The notes: generated by a model not told the origin, from the letters alone. 64,000 bases of DNA from Candidatus Obscuribacterales bacterium (GCA_965228855.1 CBDDIJ010000003.1:1856001-1920000); one strand, 5' to 3'. Positions 38,908 through 50,356 are shown, counted from the stretch's first letter. Numbers and translations: made by a program.

Positions 38908-40638
38908 ATGACTACAACGACAGGGACGAAGAATGCCGCTCAATTGGTCAAGGATATCTTGAGCAGCAAGGCGCCCATCACAGTCAAGGCACCGACAGGC
39001 ACTGAACTGGTCACGAAAGGCTGGATTCAGGAAGCGGCGCTTCGGATGCTGCTCAATAACCTGGACCCGGACGTGGCTGAACGTCCACAGGACCTGGTCG
39101 TCTACGGCGGCTCCGGTAAGGCTGCGCGGGATTGGGATTCACTAAAAGCGATCGTCAAATCACTTGTCAACCTCGAGAACGACGAGACATTACTGGTTCA
39201 ATCCGGCAAGCCGGTAGGCATCTTTAAAAGTCACGAAGACGCGCCTCGTGTTCTAATCGCTAATTCCAACCTGGTCGGGAAATGGGCGACTTGGGAGCAC
39301 TTCCGCGAACTCGAGCAAAAAGGCTTGATTATGTTCGGACAGATGACCGCTGGAAGCTGGATTTACATCGGCACCCAGGGCATCCTCCAGGGCACTTATG
39401 AAACTTTCGCTGCTCTGGCTCGCAAGAATTTCGGCGGCAGCCTAAAGGGCCGCATCGTTGTCACGGCAGGTCTTGGTGGTATGGGCGGTGCCCAACCTCT
39501 GGCTGTGACGATGAACGAGGGTATCGCCATTTGCATCGAGGTAGACCCCGAGCGTATCAAACGCAGACTTGAAACTAAATACCTCGACGTCGAAGCTGAC
39601 AATATGGAACATGCCATCAAACTGGCAAATGAAGCAAAGGCTGAAGGCAAGCCTCTATCCATCGGCGTCCTCGGCAATGCCGCCGACCTGCTTCCTAAAC
39701 TGGTCAAGATGGGCTTCACGCCGGACGCACTCACGGATCAAACATCTGCGCACGATCCTTTGAACGGATACGTTCCGCTCACTACGGATGGCGTGCCCAT
39801 GAGCCTCGCCGAGGCGGACAAGTTGCGCAAGGAAAACCCGGAGAAATACCTGGAGCTGTCGACGAGCGCGATCGCCAGACACGTGGAAGCTATGCTCGAC
39901 CTGCAGAAAGCAGGCGCCATCACCTTCGACTACGGCAACAACATCAGACAGGTTGCTTACGACAAGGGTGTGAAGAACGCATTCGATTTCCCCGGCTTCG
40001 TCCCCGCCTACATCAGACCCCTGTTCTGCGAAGGCAAAGGTCCGTTCCGCTGGGCAGCTCTGTCCGGCGACCCGGCAGATATCGACGTGATCGATAAAGC
40101 GATTCTGGAAAACTTCGGTCACGATGAAGGACTGAAACGCTGGATCGAAATGGCTTCGAAGAAGGTTAAATTCCAGGGCTTGCCGTGCCGTATCTGCTGG
40201 CTCGGCTACGGAGACCGAGCCAAAATGGGCTTGATTATGAACGACCTGGTTCGGAATAAGAAAGTTAAGGCGCCAATCGTGATCGGAAGAGACCACCTCG
40301 ACGCCGGTTCCGTAGCATCGCCTAACCGCGAGACCGAAGGCATGAAAGATGGCTCCGATGCAATCGCTGATTGGGTTTATCTCAACGCTATGATTAACGC
40401 GGTGGGCGGCGCCAGCTGGGTCTCGCTCCACCACGGCGGCGGTGTGGGCATCGGCTACTCTCTCCACTCAGGTCAGGTGATAGTTGCAGACGGCACAGAC
40501 GCCGCAGCGGCGCGCTTGCAACGAGTTCTTACGACCGATCCGGGCATGGGGGTTATCCGCCACGTCGATGCAGGGTATGATGAAGCTACCGAGTGCGCCA
40601 AGCGCACCGGCGTTCGGATTCCGATGTGGGAAATCTAG
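38908..40638 (+). CDS. hutU: urocanate hydratase
   Basis: 'NNLDPDVAE', '[23 protein letters not shown]', '[10 protein letters not shown]', 'GRDHLD'. Confidence 0.97.
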   Translation: MTTTTGTKNAAQLVKDILSSKAPITVKAPTGTELVTKGWIQEAALRMLLNNLDPDVAERPQDLVVYGGSGKAARDWDSLKAIVKSLVNLENDETLLVQSGKPVGIFKSHEDAPRVLIANSNLVGKWATWEHFRELEQKGLIMFGQMTAGSWIYIGTQGILQGTYETFAALARKNFGGSLKGRIVVTAGLGGMGGAQPLAVTMNEGIAICIEVDPERIKRRLETKYLDVEADNMEHAIKLANEAKAEGKPLSIGVLGNAADLLPKLVKMGFTPDALTDQTSAHDPLNGYVPLTTDGVPMSLAEADKLRKENPEKYLELSTSAIARHVEAMLDLQKAGAITFDYGNNIRQVAYDKGVKNAFDFPGFVPAYIRPLFCEGKGPFRWAALSGDPADIDVIDKAILENFGHDEGLKRWIEMASKKVKFQGLPCRICWLGYGDRAKMGLIMNDLVRNKKVKAPIVIGRDHLDAGSVASPNRETEGMKDGSDAIADWVYLNAMINAVGGASWVSLHHGGGVGIGYSLHSGQVIVADGTDAAAARLQRVLTTDPGMGVIRHVDAGYDEATECAKRTGVRIPMWEI

Positions 40639-40858
40639 TTCGCTGCAACTGGAACTAAAACGGACTTCGAAAACTATCGAATAGATGGTCCTGGACTGTG
40701 CTCGTTTTTTTTTCTGAACGTCAGTCGCTGTGCGAATCAAACTCAACCTCAAACTTCAGTTTCGCAAGGCAACTCAGTTTCAGACTCGAAGTAAACTTGA
40801 ACTATTGAATCTAACTTCACTCCTGGAAGTTAAAAACACTGCTTAATAGGAATTCCCG

Positions 40859-41809
40859 ATGTATAAACGACTTAGCGCATTGTTTCTTTCAGGTCTAGTC
40901 ACCGTAGCTGGTGCTTCACTCTTTTCGCTTTTCAATGCCGGCACCGCATATGGCACCACGCTTTATGCCGGCATCGAGCATGCTGACTATCTCCAACCTG
41001 TTGAAGACCAACACGCAGAAACGATGAATCAGCACTATCAATCGCAAGCGTCTCAGTACAATTTGCGGGCGCAACAGCAACAAGCACCGCAGCCTCAGTT
41101 CGAGACACCACAGGAAGGACACTACGATCAATATCACGCAGTGCCGCGGCTGACCGGTGACGCTAAATATGTTCAGAACGTTGGACCGACCGTTGAGTGG
41201 TTCATGATTCCGAAGTGGATGGCCGGCGCCTGGCAAAAGCAAGGTGACTTGACCGTCAGCTATCGAGATCTGCGCACCGGCAGATTCACCAGCATGTCAG
41301 CCTGGACACCGAATGCCATGAAAACTACCTGGGGACACCAGGTCGACCGCATGGGCAACGTCTGGCACGCCGATATCCTTCCGCTGGAAAAGGACGGCTG
41401 GTCAAAGGGAAAGCTGGCAAGGTTCATGATGACGAATTTGAACTGCGAACATTCCGATCAACGACAACTTGTGACCAGAGCCCGCTACGTTGTAACGGAA
41501 ACCTACGGCGGAACCGCTCAAGTCGCGGATCTTTTTCAGCAAGAGTCACTCAACGATTACACGTTCATGGCCGACGGCGAACTAGAGAATATGTCCTCAA
41601 ACCGCATCTATTCATCTCAGGGACAGCCGCTTCGCGAAGGTGCGCTGGTCAGCAAACTTCAGAAGGTTGGTCAGTTCGAGCCCGTTCGCTATCAAAACAG
41701 CATCGACCTTGCTCAGTCTTTGAACACCTATCTAAACACTCATGGTCTGCAGCACCTGGCCGTCTCACCTCAGACGAGCAGCCTGCAGCAAACCAATGAC
41801 CTGGACTGA
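40859..41809 (+). CDS. secreted hypothetical protein
   Basis: signal peptide; Gln-rich linker; globular C-terminal part. Confidence 0.7.
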   Translation: MYKRLSALFLSGLVTVAGASLFSLFNAGTAYGTTLYAGIEHADYLQPVEDQHAETMNQHYQSQASQYNLRAQQQQAPQPQFETPQEGHYDQYHAVPRLTGDAKYVQNVGPTVEWFMIPKWMAGAWQKQGDLTVSYRDLRTGRFTSMSAWTPNAMKTTWGHQVDRMGNVWHADILPLEKDGWSKGKLARFMMTNLNCEHSDQRQLVTRARYVVTETYGGTAQVADLFQQESLNDYTFMADGELENMSSNRIYSSQGQPLREGALVSKLQKVGQFEPVRYQNSIDLAQSLNTYLNTHGLQHLAVSPQTSSLQQTNDLD

Positions 41810-42304
41810 AAGAACAATTGAGCGGTTCGGCCGACTTCATGAGACTGCGCCGGGCACGGGCGATTTTCTTCGACTAAATCGAGAGCGAACGTACTCGAAA
41901 TTGGTCCCTTTGGTCTTCCTTGAATCAGAGCAAGAGGTCCGGATGAGGCGAGACAATTTTAATTTTACGGAGTTATTTGGCGCCCTTTCGGTGCAAGACC
42001 TTCGACAGACAAGCGCTATAGCAATCAGAAGTAATGATACAAGCGCCTGACATCACTTTCCTTAAGGTTACGGAACAGTCCAGGTGATATTCTTTTCCTG
42101 CGCGTTCGGGTCGGTTTAAGACCTCAGCGACTCCTCCACTAGGGCGAGTCGACGAAAAGGTTTTCGGATACGTCTGGCAGCCGAAATGTCCAGACACTCT
42201 AGAAAAGCTTGCTCCATATAACATGCTGGTAGCCCTGCTGCAGTTGCAGCCGAGCTTCGTCATGGCGCGCCTATCGATGGTGTTTTAATTTCAGGAGCTT
42301 TTAT

Positions 42305-45300
42305 ATGAGCAAGAAGATTGTACGGGAAACCAGCTATTTCTCACGTCGCTGGTTTGCAGTGATCGCCGCTTCGTGCGCTGCACTGGCATCAATGCAATCC
42401 GCACAGGCGTCGGAACGGCGAGAAGCCTTCCGTGATTTTCGAGACAACAATCCCGGACTTGCTCGCAACGAAGCACGCAGACTGTTCAACGAGCAATCGG
42501 GCGGCGTATTTCGTCCAATGTCCATCGAAACAGGTAGAAACGCAAACCTTCGGCACGCTATCGTGAACGAGAGTCTATCGCTCCCTCAGCTCGCGGAGCG
42601 CAACAACCGACACAACATCGAAAGCACACGCGCATTGCGAATTTCCAATCAGTCTACCCAAACGGTGGGAGTCTCGACCGTTCGTCTAAACACCGGAATT
42701 AACCTCGACCTATCCTCCACTGAGAGAAACATAACGCTTGGTCAGAAACTGTTTGAGGGTGTCGGCTCCGTTCAAATCACCGTTGGCGGTGAAACCAAGA
42801 CAGTCCAAGCAGGCTCCCAGGTAAGCGCGGCAGAGTATGTTGCGGTCAAGCAAATCCTTGGCGGCGGGTCGCAGGAAATCGGTCTGGACAATGCCGGCCG
42901 GGCTAACGGCGGTCGGTTCGACCTCGCATCGATTACAAATCCTGGCGATAAAATGCGAGCATCCAATTTTGTCCTCCCGGAGAATGTCACCACATATGGT
43001 GACTTCTCGCGTGCATCAGATATTCGTTTGACAGGTGATCTCGATAACCACGGCTCCATTTATGCGATCGCGAGCGAGAAACGCGGCCACAGCGGAACAA
43101 TCCATGCGGATGATATAACGAACCACGAGGGCGCTTTGATTTCATCCAACATCCCTCGAGATCTGGGGCGCGATCTGGGCGCACACGCAAAGCGCGTTGA
43201 TCTAGGGCTGGACGCTTCCGGCGACCTGTTGAACTATGGAACAATTTCGTCGTCCGGCAGTCTCACCCTAACCGCCGGTAGTGGCAATATAACAAACACG
43301 GGTCACGTCGAATCAACGGGCGGCGATATCACTTTTAACGGTTCAGATGCAGTTTTGACCGTTAACAACACAGGTGGAACGGTCGTTGCAAACGGCGGCG
43401 CGATTGGAATTCGTGACGCCTCTTACACGGGTGCGGCTAGCACGTATGTGAGCGGTGGAGATTTTCTCAGCCGTCAATTCAACACAAACGCCGGTCAGGG
43501 AACTACGTACGTCGATGTTAACAGCATCTCCGGACTCGTCAATCAAATCGGAAACGCAGCTCATGTCGAAGTGGCCGGCGGCAACTTAACGATAGGAGAA
43601 GTATGCCTGACAGGCGATCCTACCTATCGAAATCAGACCGGCGCAATTCAAATCACAGGCAACATAAGCGTCGCCGAGGCGCTTACGATAATTGCTAGAA
43701 ACGACATCTTTATAGACAACAACGTCATTATTTCGGCCGGAAATGCTGCTCAGGGATTCAATGTCAATCTAATCGCAGGCGCAAACATCATCGCCACGCT
43801 CGGTGGCGCAGACAGCCTCGTGCTGCCTCCATTGCCGGCAAGTTCGCAGCTGGTAACCTTTGATGGGGCATCTGTTGATGGCGGCTCGATAATCTTCGGC
43901 AGCAACACGCAGATTAATACACGCAGTACTAACATAGGCAATACCAATGGCGGCAGCGTATTGCTCGCCGCTTTTGCCGGCACCAATGGCGGTGGTGGAT
44001 TCATCGATGCATCCTCAACGACAATTTTCACAGGTGGCCGCGGAACTGGCGCAAATGGTTATGTTGATGTCATCGCAGGCGCACAGAACGGCACTGCAAT
44101 TTCGATGGGAACAATAATATCGACTGGCTCAACTGGAGGCGGAGGCGGCGTCAATATCACGACCGCGCAGCCACGCAGTACAAATGGAGATCCAGTTTCG
44201 TACGGTATTAATGGACAGTTGCTTTCAACTGACTTCATAGTTCCCGGCTTGACCGTCACTCCAACAGCATCTGTAAACCTTAAAACTATGCAGGCTTACG
44301 AGTCGATCAGCGTGAAAGCCGGAAATCTGCTTAGCACCAGCCCAGCCACTACCTTGCAAAGCACGAACGGCTCTGTCGGTTTGCAGACAGGGAACTCGAT
44401 AAATCTAGGCAGCGACATCGTCGGTAACAATGTCGTGATGATAGCCGGCAGCGACATCAATATAGCAACTCAGGTCAGCACCAGTGGCGGTGCCGGGCTG
44501 GTATTGATTCAAGCTGGAGATCAACTTTCACTTAGTGGTGTAATATCAGCGCAAAATGATGTAAGCGCTATCGCCTCCTCTATTCAACTGAGCGGCACAG
44601 GCTCAGTGGGCTCTAACAACGGCGATATAACCCTCTCATCTACAAACACGATAATTGGCGGGCTCACTACCCTGGTCAGCGCGCCAAACGGCACGATAAC
44701 CATGTCCAGCGCAGCAGGCAACATTGGAGTCAACTCCGGATTGAAGATGCGCATAGACGGTCAATCATTAAATGCGACCGCTGTTGCCGGTTCAGTATTT
44801 ATTTCTGATATCGGGGGCATCGACGTAGCCAGCGCTACAGCCTCGAATAGAGTTGAAATCTTCTCAGTTGACGGTCTTTCGAACAGCGGTCTGATTTCCG
44901 GAGACATCGTCAATCTTCAATCAACAGCTGACGCGATTACGTTGAATGCCGACGTGGTGGCAGGAACAAGCGCCACATTGAAAGCAAACACTGATTTAGT
45001 CACAGCGGCACCAGCCAGAGTAACAGCTCCTCAGCTCTATTTGAGCGCCACATCCGCAGATATAGGAGGTGGAGGTTTCGCATTGCCCTTTAGAATCAAC
45101 GCTGACAACCTCGTGGTCAGCACACCGACCGGCGGAGCAATCATAAGTGACTCCGACTCCTTAAATTTCGGCGGAGGAAGCACCTTCGTCAACACGTCCC
45201 TGATCGCAATCGCAAACGACGTGATTTCAAACACGAGCATTATCACTGGGAACAGTGTGTCTCTAGCATCGCTTAATTCAACCGTTAATGTCACCAACAC

Positions 45301-46996
45301 CATCAACGGAACAACTTCGGTAACGCTTCAGGCCAACTCGACCATTACGAACTCGAACATTTCGGCGCCTGTCAATACCGAGTTCCTTTCACTCGGATCG
45401 ACCGCTGGTGATGTGGGAACGACGTCCGCGCCGTTCGTGAGCGGAGCCTCCAGAACAGCTGCAGTCGCCTTCAATGGTGATGTCTATCTATCGCTCACGA
45501 ACAACAACGCACGTGTTTCGGGTTCCGCTTTCGGAACATTTGATGCCACCGCCAACGGTTCTCTTCAAGCCCTGAATATCAGCGGCGTCGATGTTCGTCT
45601 GCAAGCAGACGGTGCACTCACGACAGGCACTGGCAATACTGTCACCGCTACGAATCTGCAACTGGTGACCACCGGCGACGTCGGCGAAAATCTCGCAAGC
45701 GACTTCGTTATGAACGCTCAGAACGTTGATATCGCTGCTGGTGCTGCAATATTCGTTGCAAACACAAGTGCAACGCCAGTCACACTGAACAGCGCAGTCT
45801 CGACAGATACGCTTGCTTTTGCGGCTCAGAATGCCAATCTAACGAGCTCCGCCAACTTCTCGCAGAATGAAATCTACCTGCAAACTGGCGGAGTGTTTAG
45901 CCTCTCCGGCAATCTGCAAAACAATGGGGTCATCTCACTCACGTCCGCAGGTGCAATGACGAACGCGCAATTCACCGGAGCAATCTCCACCGACCGCCTC
46001 GCTCTTGAATCAACGAACAGCACGATTGGAACCAACAGCGCATCACCATTTGTTATTGCTGATGGAACAGCCAACATTATCCGCGCGAACAGCCCTGGAT
46101 TAGGTGGAATCTTTATCCAATCTCTGACCACCGATGAAATTGCGTTGACCGAAAGCAGTTCAAATCTTGATGTAAGCTTCGCTGCAGCAGGACCGCTTCG
46201 CATCATTGGCGATATCACGTCAGCAAACGGCAATGTCAACTTGTCGAACCAATCAGGCACTCTGACCGTTTCCAACGGAGTGACTATCTCAGCATTCGAC
46301 CAAATCAATTTGATCAATTCCGGGACAAATAAGAAGACTTCCAAAATTGCAATCGAAGCAGATGCCAATATCGTGACGAACGCCAAAACTGCGGGTCAGG
46401 GCAACGTCACAATCCAATTAGGAGCGCCACAAACGAAGATAGTTTCTAAACCACCGAAGAATGTAGTCTTCGTGGAAAATAATGGCGGCACAGTTGAGGT
46501 CCGAGGCAAAGGTCTCAGGGCTGCAGCGCCTGTAAACACCCTGACCGCTGACGGTGCGACCGTGTTAATAAGCAATGGCATAAACTCTAAGAACCTCACT
46601 CTAGGCGGCAATGTGCAAATTACTGCCGACCCGCAAGTTTCAGTTCCAACACAAAATATAGTCATCGTCAACACCACCACCGGCGGTGACCTATCCGCTT
46701 CGACAGAGCCCTCAGGTTCGATTATTGTAATTGGATCATCCTCATATCTTTCTGATGCAGGTTCGATCATGATCACTTCTGGCGCAAGTTTTGACTTGTC
46801 TACTTCCGTGAACCTATCAATTTCGCCAGCAGCGACGACAATATCTGGAACGAACCTCACGGTAAGCTCTCCGTCAGTCTCAGTCAGCATGCCTGAACCA
46901 ACCACCATCAACTTCGGTGTCGGACCAATCGGGAAAAATGGTATCAAGCGCGGTCAACACGCAAGACACAACAAGAGCCCCAGAAATGGGAAATAG
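42305..46996 (+). CDS. large secreted beta-helix/filamentous-haemagglutinin-like repeat protein
   Basis: signal peptide; long Gly/Asn/Thr/Ser/Ile/Val-rich degenerate repeats (e.g. NxGxI, GxVxLxA). Confidence 0.75.
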   Translation: MSKKIVRETSYFSRRWFAVIAASCAALASMQSAQASERREAFRDFRDNNPGLARNEARRLFNEQSGGVFRPMSIETGRNANLRHAIVNESLSLPQLAERNNRHNIESTRALRISNQSTQTVGVSTVRLNTGINLDLSSTERNITLGQKLFEGVGSVQITVGGETKTVQAGSQVSAAEYVAVKQILGGGSQEIGLDNAGRANGGRFDLASITNPGDKMRASNFVLPENVTTYGDFSRASDIRLTGDLDNHGSIYAIASEKRGHSGTIHADDITNHEGALISSNIPRDLGRDLGAHAKRVDLGLDASGDLLNYGTISSSGSLTLTAGSGNITNTGHVESTGGDITFNGSDAVLTVNNTGGTVVANGGAIGIRDASYTGAASTYVSGGDFLSRQFNTNAGQGTTYVDVNSISGLVNQIGNAAHVEVAGGNLTIGEVCLTGDPTYRNQTGAIQITGNISVAEALTIIARNDIFIDNNVIISAGNAAQGFNVNLIAGANIIATLGGADSLVLPPLPASSQLVTFDGASVDGGSIIFGSNTQINTRSTNIGNTNGGSVLLAAFAGTNGGGGFIDASSTTIFTGGRGTGANGYVDVIAGAQNGTAISMGTIISTGSTGGGGGVNITTAQPRSTNGDPVSYGINGQLLSTDFIVPGLTVTPTASVNLKTMQAYESISVKAGNLLSTSPATTLQSTNGSVGLQTGNSINLGSDIVGNNVVMIAGSDINIATQVSTSGGAGLVLIQAGDQLSLSGVISAQNDVSAIASSIQLSGTGSVGSNNGDITLSSTNTIIGGLTTLVSAPNGTITMSSAAGNIGVNSGLKMRIDGQSLNATAVAGSVFISDIGGIDVASATASNRVEIFSVDGLSNSGLISGDIVNLQSTADAITLNADVVAGTSATLKANTDLVTAAPARVTAPQLYLSATSADIGGGGFALPFRINADNLVVSTPTGGAIISDSDSLNFGGGSTFVNTSLIAIANDVISNTSIITGNSVSLASLNSTVNVTNTINGTTSVTLQANSTITNSNISAPVNTEFLSLGSTAGDVGTTSAPFVSGASRTAAVAFNGDVYLSLTNNNARVSGSAFGTFDATANGSLQALNISGVDVRLQADGALTTGTGNTVTATNLQLVTTGDVGENLASDFVMNAQNVDIAAGAAIFVANTSATPVTLNSAVSTDTLAFAAQNANLTSSANFSQNEIYLQTGGVFSLSGNLQNNGVISLTSAGAMTNAQFTGAISTDRLALESTNSTIGTNSASPFVIADGTANIIRANSPGLGGIFIQSLTTDEIALTESSSNLDVSFAAAGPLRIIGDITSANGNVNLSNQSGTLTVSNGVTISAFDQINLINSGTNKKTSKIAIEADANIVTNAKTAGQGNVTIQLGAPQTKIVSKPPKNVVFVENNGGTVEVRGKGLRAAAPVNTLTADGATVLISNGINSKNLTLGGNVQITADPQVSVPTQNIVIVNTTTGGDLSASTEPSGSIIVIGSSSYLSDAGSIMITSGASFDLSTSVNLSISPAATTISGTNLTVSSPSVSVSMPEPTTINFGVGPIGKNGIKRGQHARHNKSPRNGK

Positions 46997-47059
46997 GTTT
47001 AAACGGGCACAAATCAACCTGATATATTAGATAGAGATGACTTAGAAGATGGAGCGCCT

Positions 47060-48277
47060 ATGCGAAAACGGTCACCTGGTCACCTTGCGACAGTTATAGC
47101 TTTGCTCGCAGCTTTCAGCTCCACCGCTCTATTACAGGCGGACGCGCGTCAACTTGTCACCGGCTCGCAAAACACCGAGCGCACTAATAAATTAACCGGC
47201 GAGATTCGCTGGCACCGTTCTGTCGGTCAGGCGCAGGAAGACGCCAGGCGGGAAAACAAACTCGTTTTCTGGGTCAATATGTTAGGCACGCTCTCAGGCG
47301 CCACTTGAAGCGCCGGCAATAGCCTGAGGGCCGTGAGCCTCTCACAAGAACCGGCATTCTCCTATTTGAAAAACTATTTTGTCTGTGGATTCACCGACAT
47401 AACCAATCAGGGATACGTGGGAACGTCCGGCAGGCACGAGCGCCAGGGACAGGCGACCGCCACCACGAATGGCGCCGGTCCTCACAACATTCAGATGTTC
47501 ATGCTCGCAAGCGATGGAACCGTTCTCCACTGCCTCCCCGGCTATTGGGACCCACGCGACCTCGCAAAAGAAATGCAGTTCGCATATCAACTTAACAAGG
47601 TCTACGCAGACACCACGTTGAGGCGAAGCGAGAAAGAGCAGCTGTTTAAACAGATGCAAATGAAGCATATCGAACAGCACCCTCCGCAAATGGTCAGACG
47701 CAGCCATATGCAGGGTTTCGATCAACAATACGAGGCGCATTATAAGCTAAACACATCCGACGCCATCCTCGACGCGGCGCTCGCCAAACAAGGAATGGCT
47801 GCCACCGGTCATCCGCCGGGTGAAGCGTTTAAAACCTGCGATGTGCTTATGCACGAGCGCATGGCAAAACGTCCTTTTGTCGCCTTCAGCAGATTCGACG
47901 TCGAGCGCTTCAGCGACTATGGGAAGCCGCATTACGACAAAAACGAGGACCAGATCGACGCATATTCCGGTCGCGAGGTTCGAGATCATCATGACGCTCC
48001 GACAATCGGCGACGCCAGCCAGGGTCGTCGCATGACGCAAGAGCATCAAGCGGCCAACGATGGACAGTCTCATTCAACGCAGTGGGGAGAGTCCGGTTCT
48101 TCAGCCAACGGCGGCTGGGGCGGCAATCAGACATCGCCGGCGGCAACCGGCTGGGGCGCTTCTTCCCGCGCAGCAAACACGACCTGGGGCAACAACACCA
48201 CCATGGCAGCGACTAAAGCGAAGAAACAACAGCAATCGTCTAATGTCAACACGAATTGGAACAAGAAAACTCGCTGA
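47060..48277 (+). CDS. candidate selenoprotein (thioredoxin-like/SelN-like), 405 aa with in-frame TGA at 47306-47308
   Basis: track ORFs 47060-47308 and 47333-48277 share one frame, separated only by TGA plus 8 sense codons; SECIS-like hairpin follows. Confidence 0.7.
47312..47355 (+). promoter_or_regulatory. putative bacterial SECIS element
   Basis: GCCGG/CCGGC basal stem; TGAG-GGC/GCC-T-CTCA upper stem with bulged U; apical loop CGUGA starting 24 nt after the UGA. Confidence 0.6.
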
Positions 48278-48527
48278 TGAGTTAAACGGGAGGCACCTTT
48301 CGTTTTATGCAGGATGCCACCATAAGCGGTATCGGTTTATTTAGAGAACCGAAAGCAGATTAACAAACATTCGTGAATAAGATATCCACTCGATTTAAAT
48401 CCTGCTGCCTATGGATAGTGCGGTATTACGTTTATGAGAATAGTTTTCCCCGGTACTTAACGAAGCCCTAACCCTTGACGGCTATGATTATGAGTGGAAA
48501 GAGCCCCTTCATTTACCACGGCATAAC

Positions 48528-49775
48528 ATGGGTCGATTAGTACAGAAATTTGGCGGCACCTCTCTTGCGGATGTGAGCAAGATCAAAAGCGCGGCAGAAA
48601 TCGCAGTTGCCGCAGCGAAAGAAGGGCACGAAGTCGCGACGGTTGTCTCTGCGATGGGTCATACGACCGACCATCTCATCGGTCTGGCGGACGAAATTAC
48701 GGACGCTCCGAATTCCAGAGAGATGGACATGCTCCTTACAACCGGAGAGCAGGTCTCGATCGCGCTCATGTCGATGGCGATTCAGTCAATGGGCTATCAA
48801 GCTCGTTCTTTCACCGGTTCTCAAGCGGGAATCATCACGGAAAGTAATCACGGCTCAGCCAAGATTCAACAAATTGCGCCACAAGCTGTGGAAGCGAGTT
48901 TGCAACGCGGTGAAATTGCCGTCATTGCAGGCTTCCAGGGTGTGACTTCCGGTAATGAACTGACGACGCTTGGACGCGGCGGTTCGGACACAACTGCGGT
49001 TGCGGTCGCCAGTGCCCTCAGCGCGGATCGATGTGACATCTATACTGATGTCAAAGGCGTCTACACGGCCGACCCCAGACTTCTCAATGAAGCTAGAAAG
49101 TTGAAAGCCGTCAGCTATGAAGAGATGCTGGAGTTGTCCGCCACCGGAGCGCAGGTCCTCGCGGCTCGATCGGTAGAACTGGCTATGGACGCGAATGTTC
49201 CATTGCGCGTTCGTTCGACATTCGAGCCGAAAGACGACGGCACGTTGATCGGTCATCGCATCAACGTTCCCGAATACACTGTTTGCAGCATCGCTTGCGA
49301 TATGACACAAGCAGCGATGACGCTGAAATCGAAGATGATCGATAAATCCAATTCTTCGCTGGACGGCATCGCATCGCTGTTTACACGACTGGAAGAGTTG
49401 AACATCGGCACCGACATGCTCATGCTCCTGGCGCATGAAGACGAGCCATCACAAGAGATGGCGTTCACGATCGATCGCAAGTCGCTTGGACGCGTTCAGA
49501 CGCTCATCGAGTCTTTGAGCCCCGCCCTCGGCAATCCGCGTGTGCATGTCGAAACCGACATTGCCCGCATCTCTGTAGTGGGACGCCGTCTCACTCAGCG
49601 TCCGGAAGTGGTCGCAAGCGTTTTCGAAGCGCTTCAATCAAGCGGAATTCCAGTCAACATGGTTGCGACCGGAGATATGCGCGTGAGCGTTTTGCTTCCG
49701 GCGAAATATGCGCGCGAAGCAGTCAAGCTCATTCACGACCGATTCCGATTGCAGGAAGATTGTTTTATCGCCTGA
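48528..49775 (+). CDS. lysC: aspartate kinase
   Basis: 'VQKFGGTS', 'VVSAMGHTTD', 'TTLGRGGSDTTA', 'YTDVKGVYTADP'; two ACT-like domains. Confidence 0.95.
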   Translation: MGRLVQKFGGTSLADVSKIKSAAEIAVAAAKEGHEVATVVSAMGHTTDHLIGLADEITDAPNSREMDMLLTTGEQVSIALMSMAIQSMGYQARSFTGSQAGIITESNHGSAKIQQIAPQAVEASLQRGEIAVIAGFQGVTSGNELTTLGRGGSDTTAVAVASALSADRCDIYTDVKGVYTADPRLLNEARKLKAVSYEEMLELSATGAQVLAARSVELAMDANVPLRVRSTFEPKDDGTLIGHRINVPEYTVCSIACDMTQAAMTLKSKMIDKSNSSLDGIASLFTRLEELNIGTDMLMLLAHEDEPSQEMAFTIDRKSLGRVQTLIESLSPALGNPRVHVETDIARISVVGRRLTQRPEVVASVFEALQSSGIPVNMVATGDMRVSVLLPAKYAREAVKLIHDRFRLQEDCFIA

Positions 49776-49940
49776 CCGGATCGCGACAAACGTTCAATTC
49801 AGCAGAAAAACAGTACATAAGCATCATCGACGTATATACTTCGCTTGAAGGCGTCGGGAAAAACTTTGCGCGACCGCTGTATATACGGTATTCTTAGTTT
49901 GGCGAGAAGAGCCCGTCACCCCGAGCTAGTGGAAAGAACA

Positions 49941-50318
49941 ATGGCCAAATTCGATAGCATCTTCGACAAAGTAAAATCAGCCGCCGGCAAGGTTGCGGAT
50001 CAAACCAATAAAGCCGCCAAACTCGGCAAGTTGAAGATGAATGTGGTGACGCTCAATACAGAGAAGAATAAACACCTTCAAGCAATCGGTTTGCGAGTGT
50101 ACACGCTGCTCGAGGAGAACAGCGCGATTGACGGCAATGTCATCAAAGAAAAGATCAAAGACGAGATGAGTTCCATAGAACGCATTGATGGAAAACTGAG
50201 AGACATTGAAGAAGAGATTGCTGACCTGCAAACCAACACTCAGCACGTAGATGTTGATGACGTCACGGATGACGAAGACGAAGATGAGGATGAAGACGAG
50301 GACGAAAAGCAAAGTTAA
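49941..50318 (+). CDS. coiled-coil hypothetical protein with Asp/Glu tail
   Basis: start moved to ATG 49941; helical pattern; poly-DE C-terminus. Confidence 0.65.
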   Translation: MAKFDSIFDKVKSAAGKVADQTNKAAKLGKLKMNVVTLNTEKNKHLQAIGLRVYTLLEENSAIDGNVIKEKIKDEMSSIERIDGKLRDIEEEIADLQTNTQHVDVDDVTDDEDEDEDEDEDEKQS

Positions 50319-50356
50319 TCGTCTTATCTGTCACGCCCTGCATTCGGATCAATTTT

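Noticed and set aside
41810..42304. About 500-nt gap containing 96- and 102-aa ORFs
   Set aside because: No recognisable protein or RNA motif; treated as intergenic
47306..47308. Genome-wide UGA reassignment (code 4/25) as the explanation for the in-frame TGA
   Set aside because: Conserved genes such as lysC and rsmI end normally at TGA, and Trp is encoded by TGG throughout
48278..48527. Lysine riboswitch upstream of lysC
   Set aside because: Could not find the conserved L-box elements or a terminator/antiterminator by eye
50268..50306. GAYGAR tandem repeat
   Set aside because: Simply encodes an acidic Asp/Glu tail; imperfect at synonymous sites
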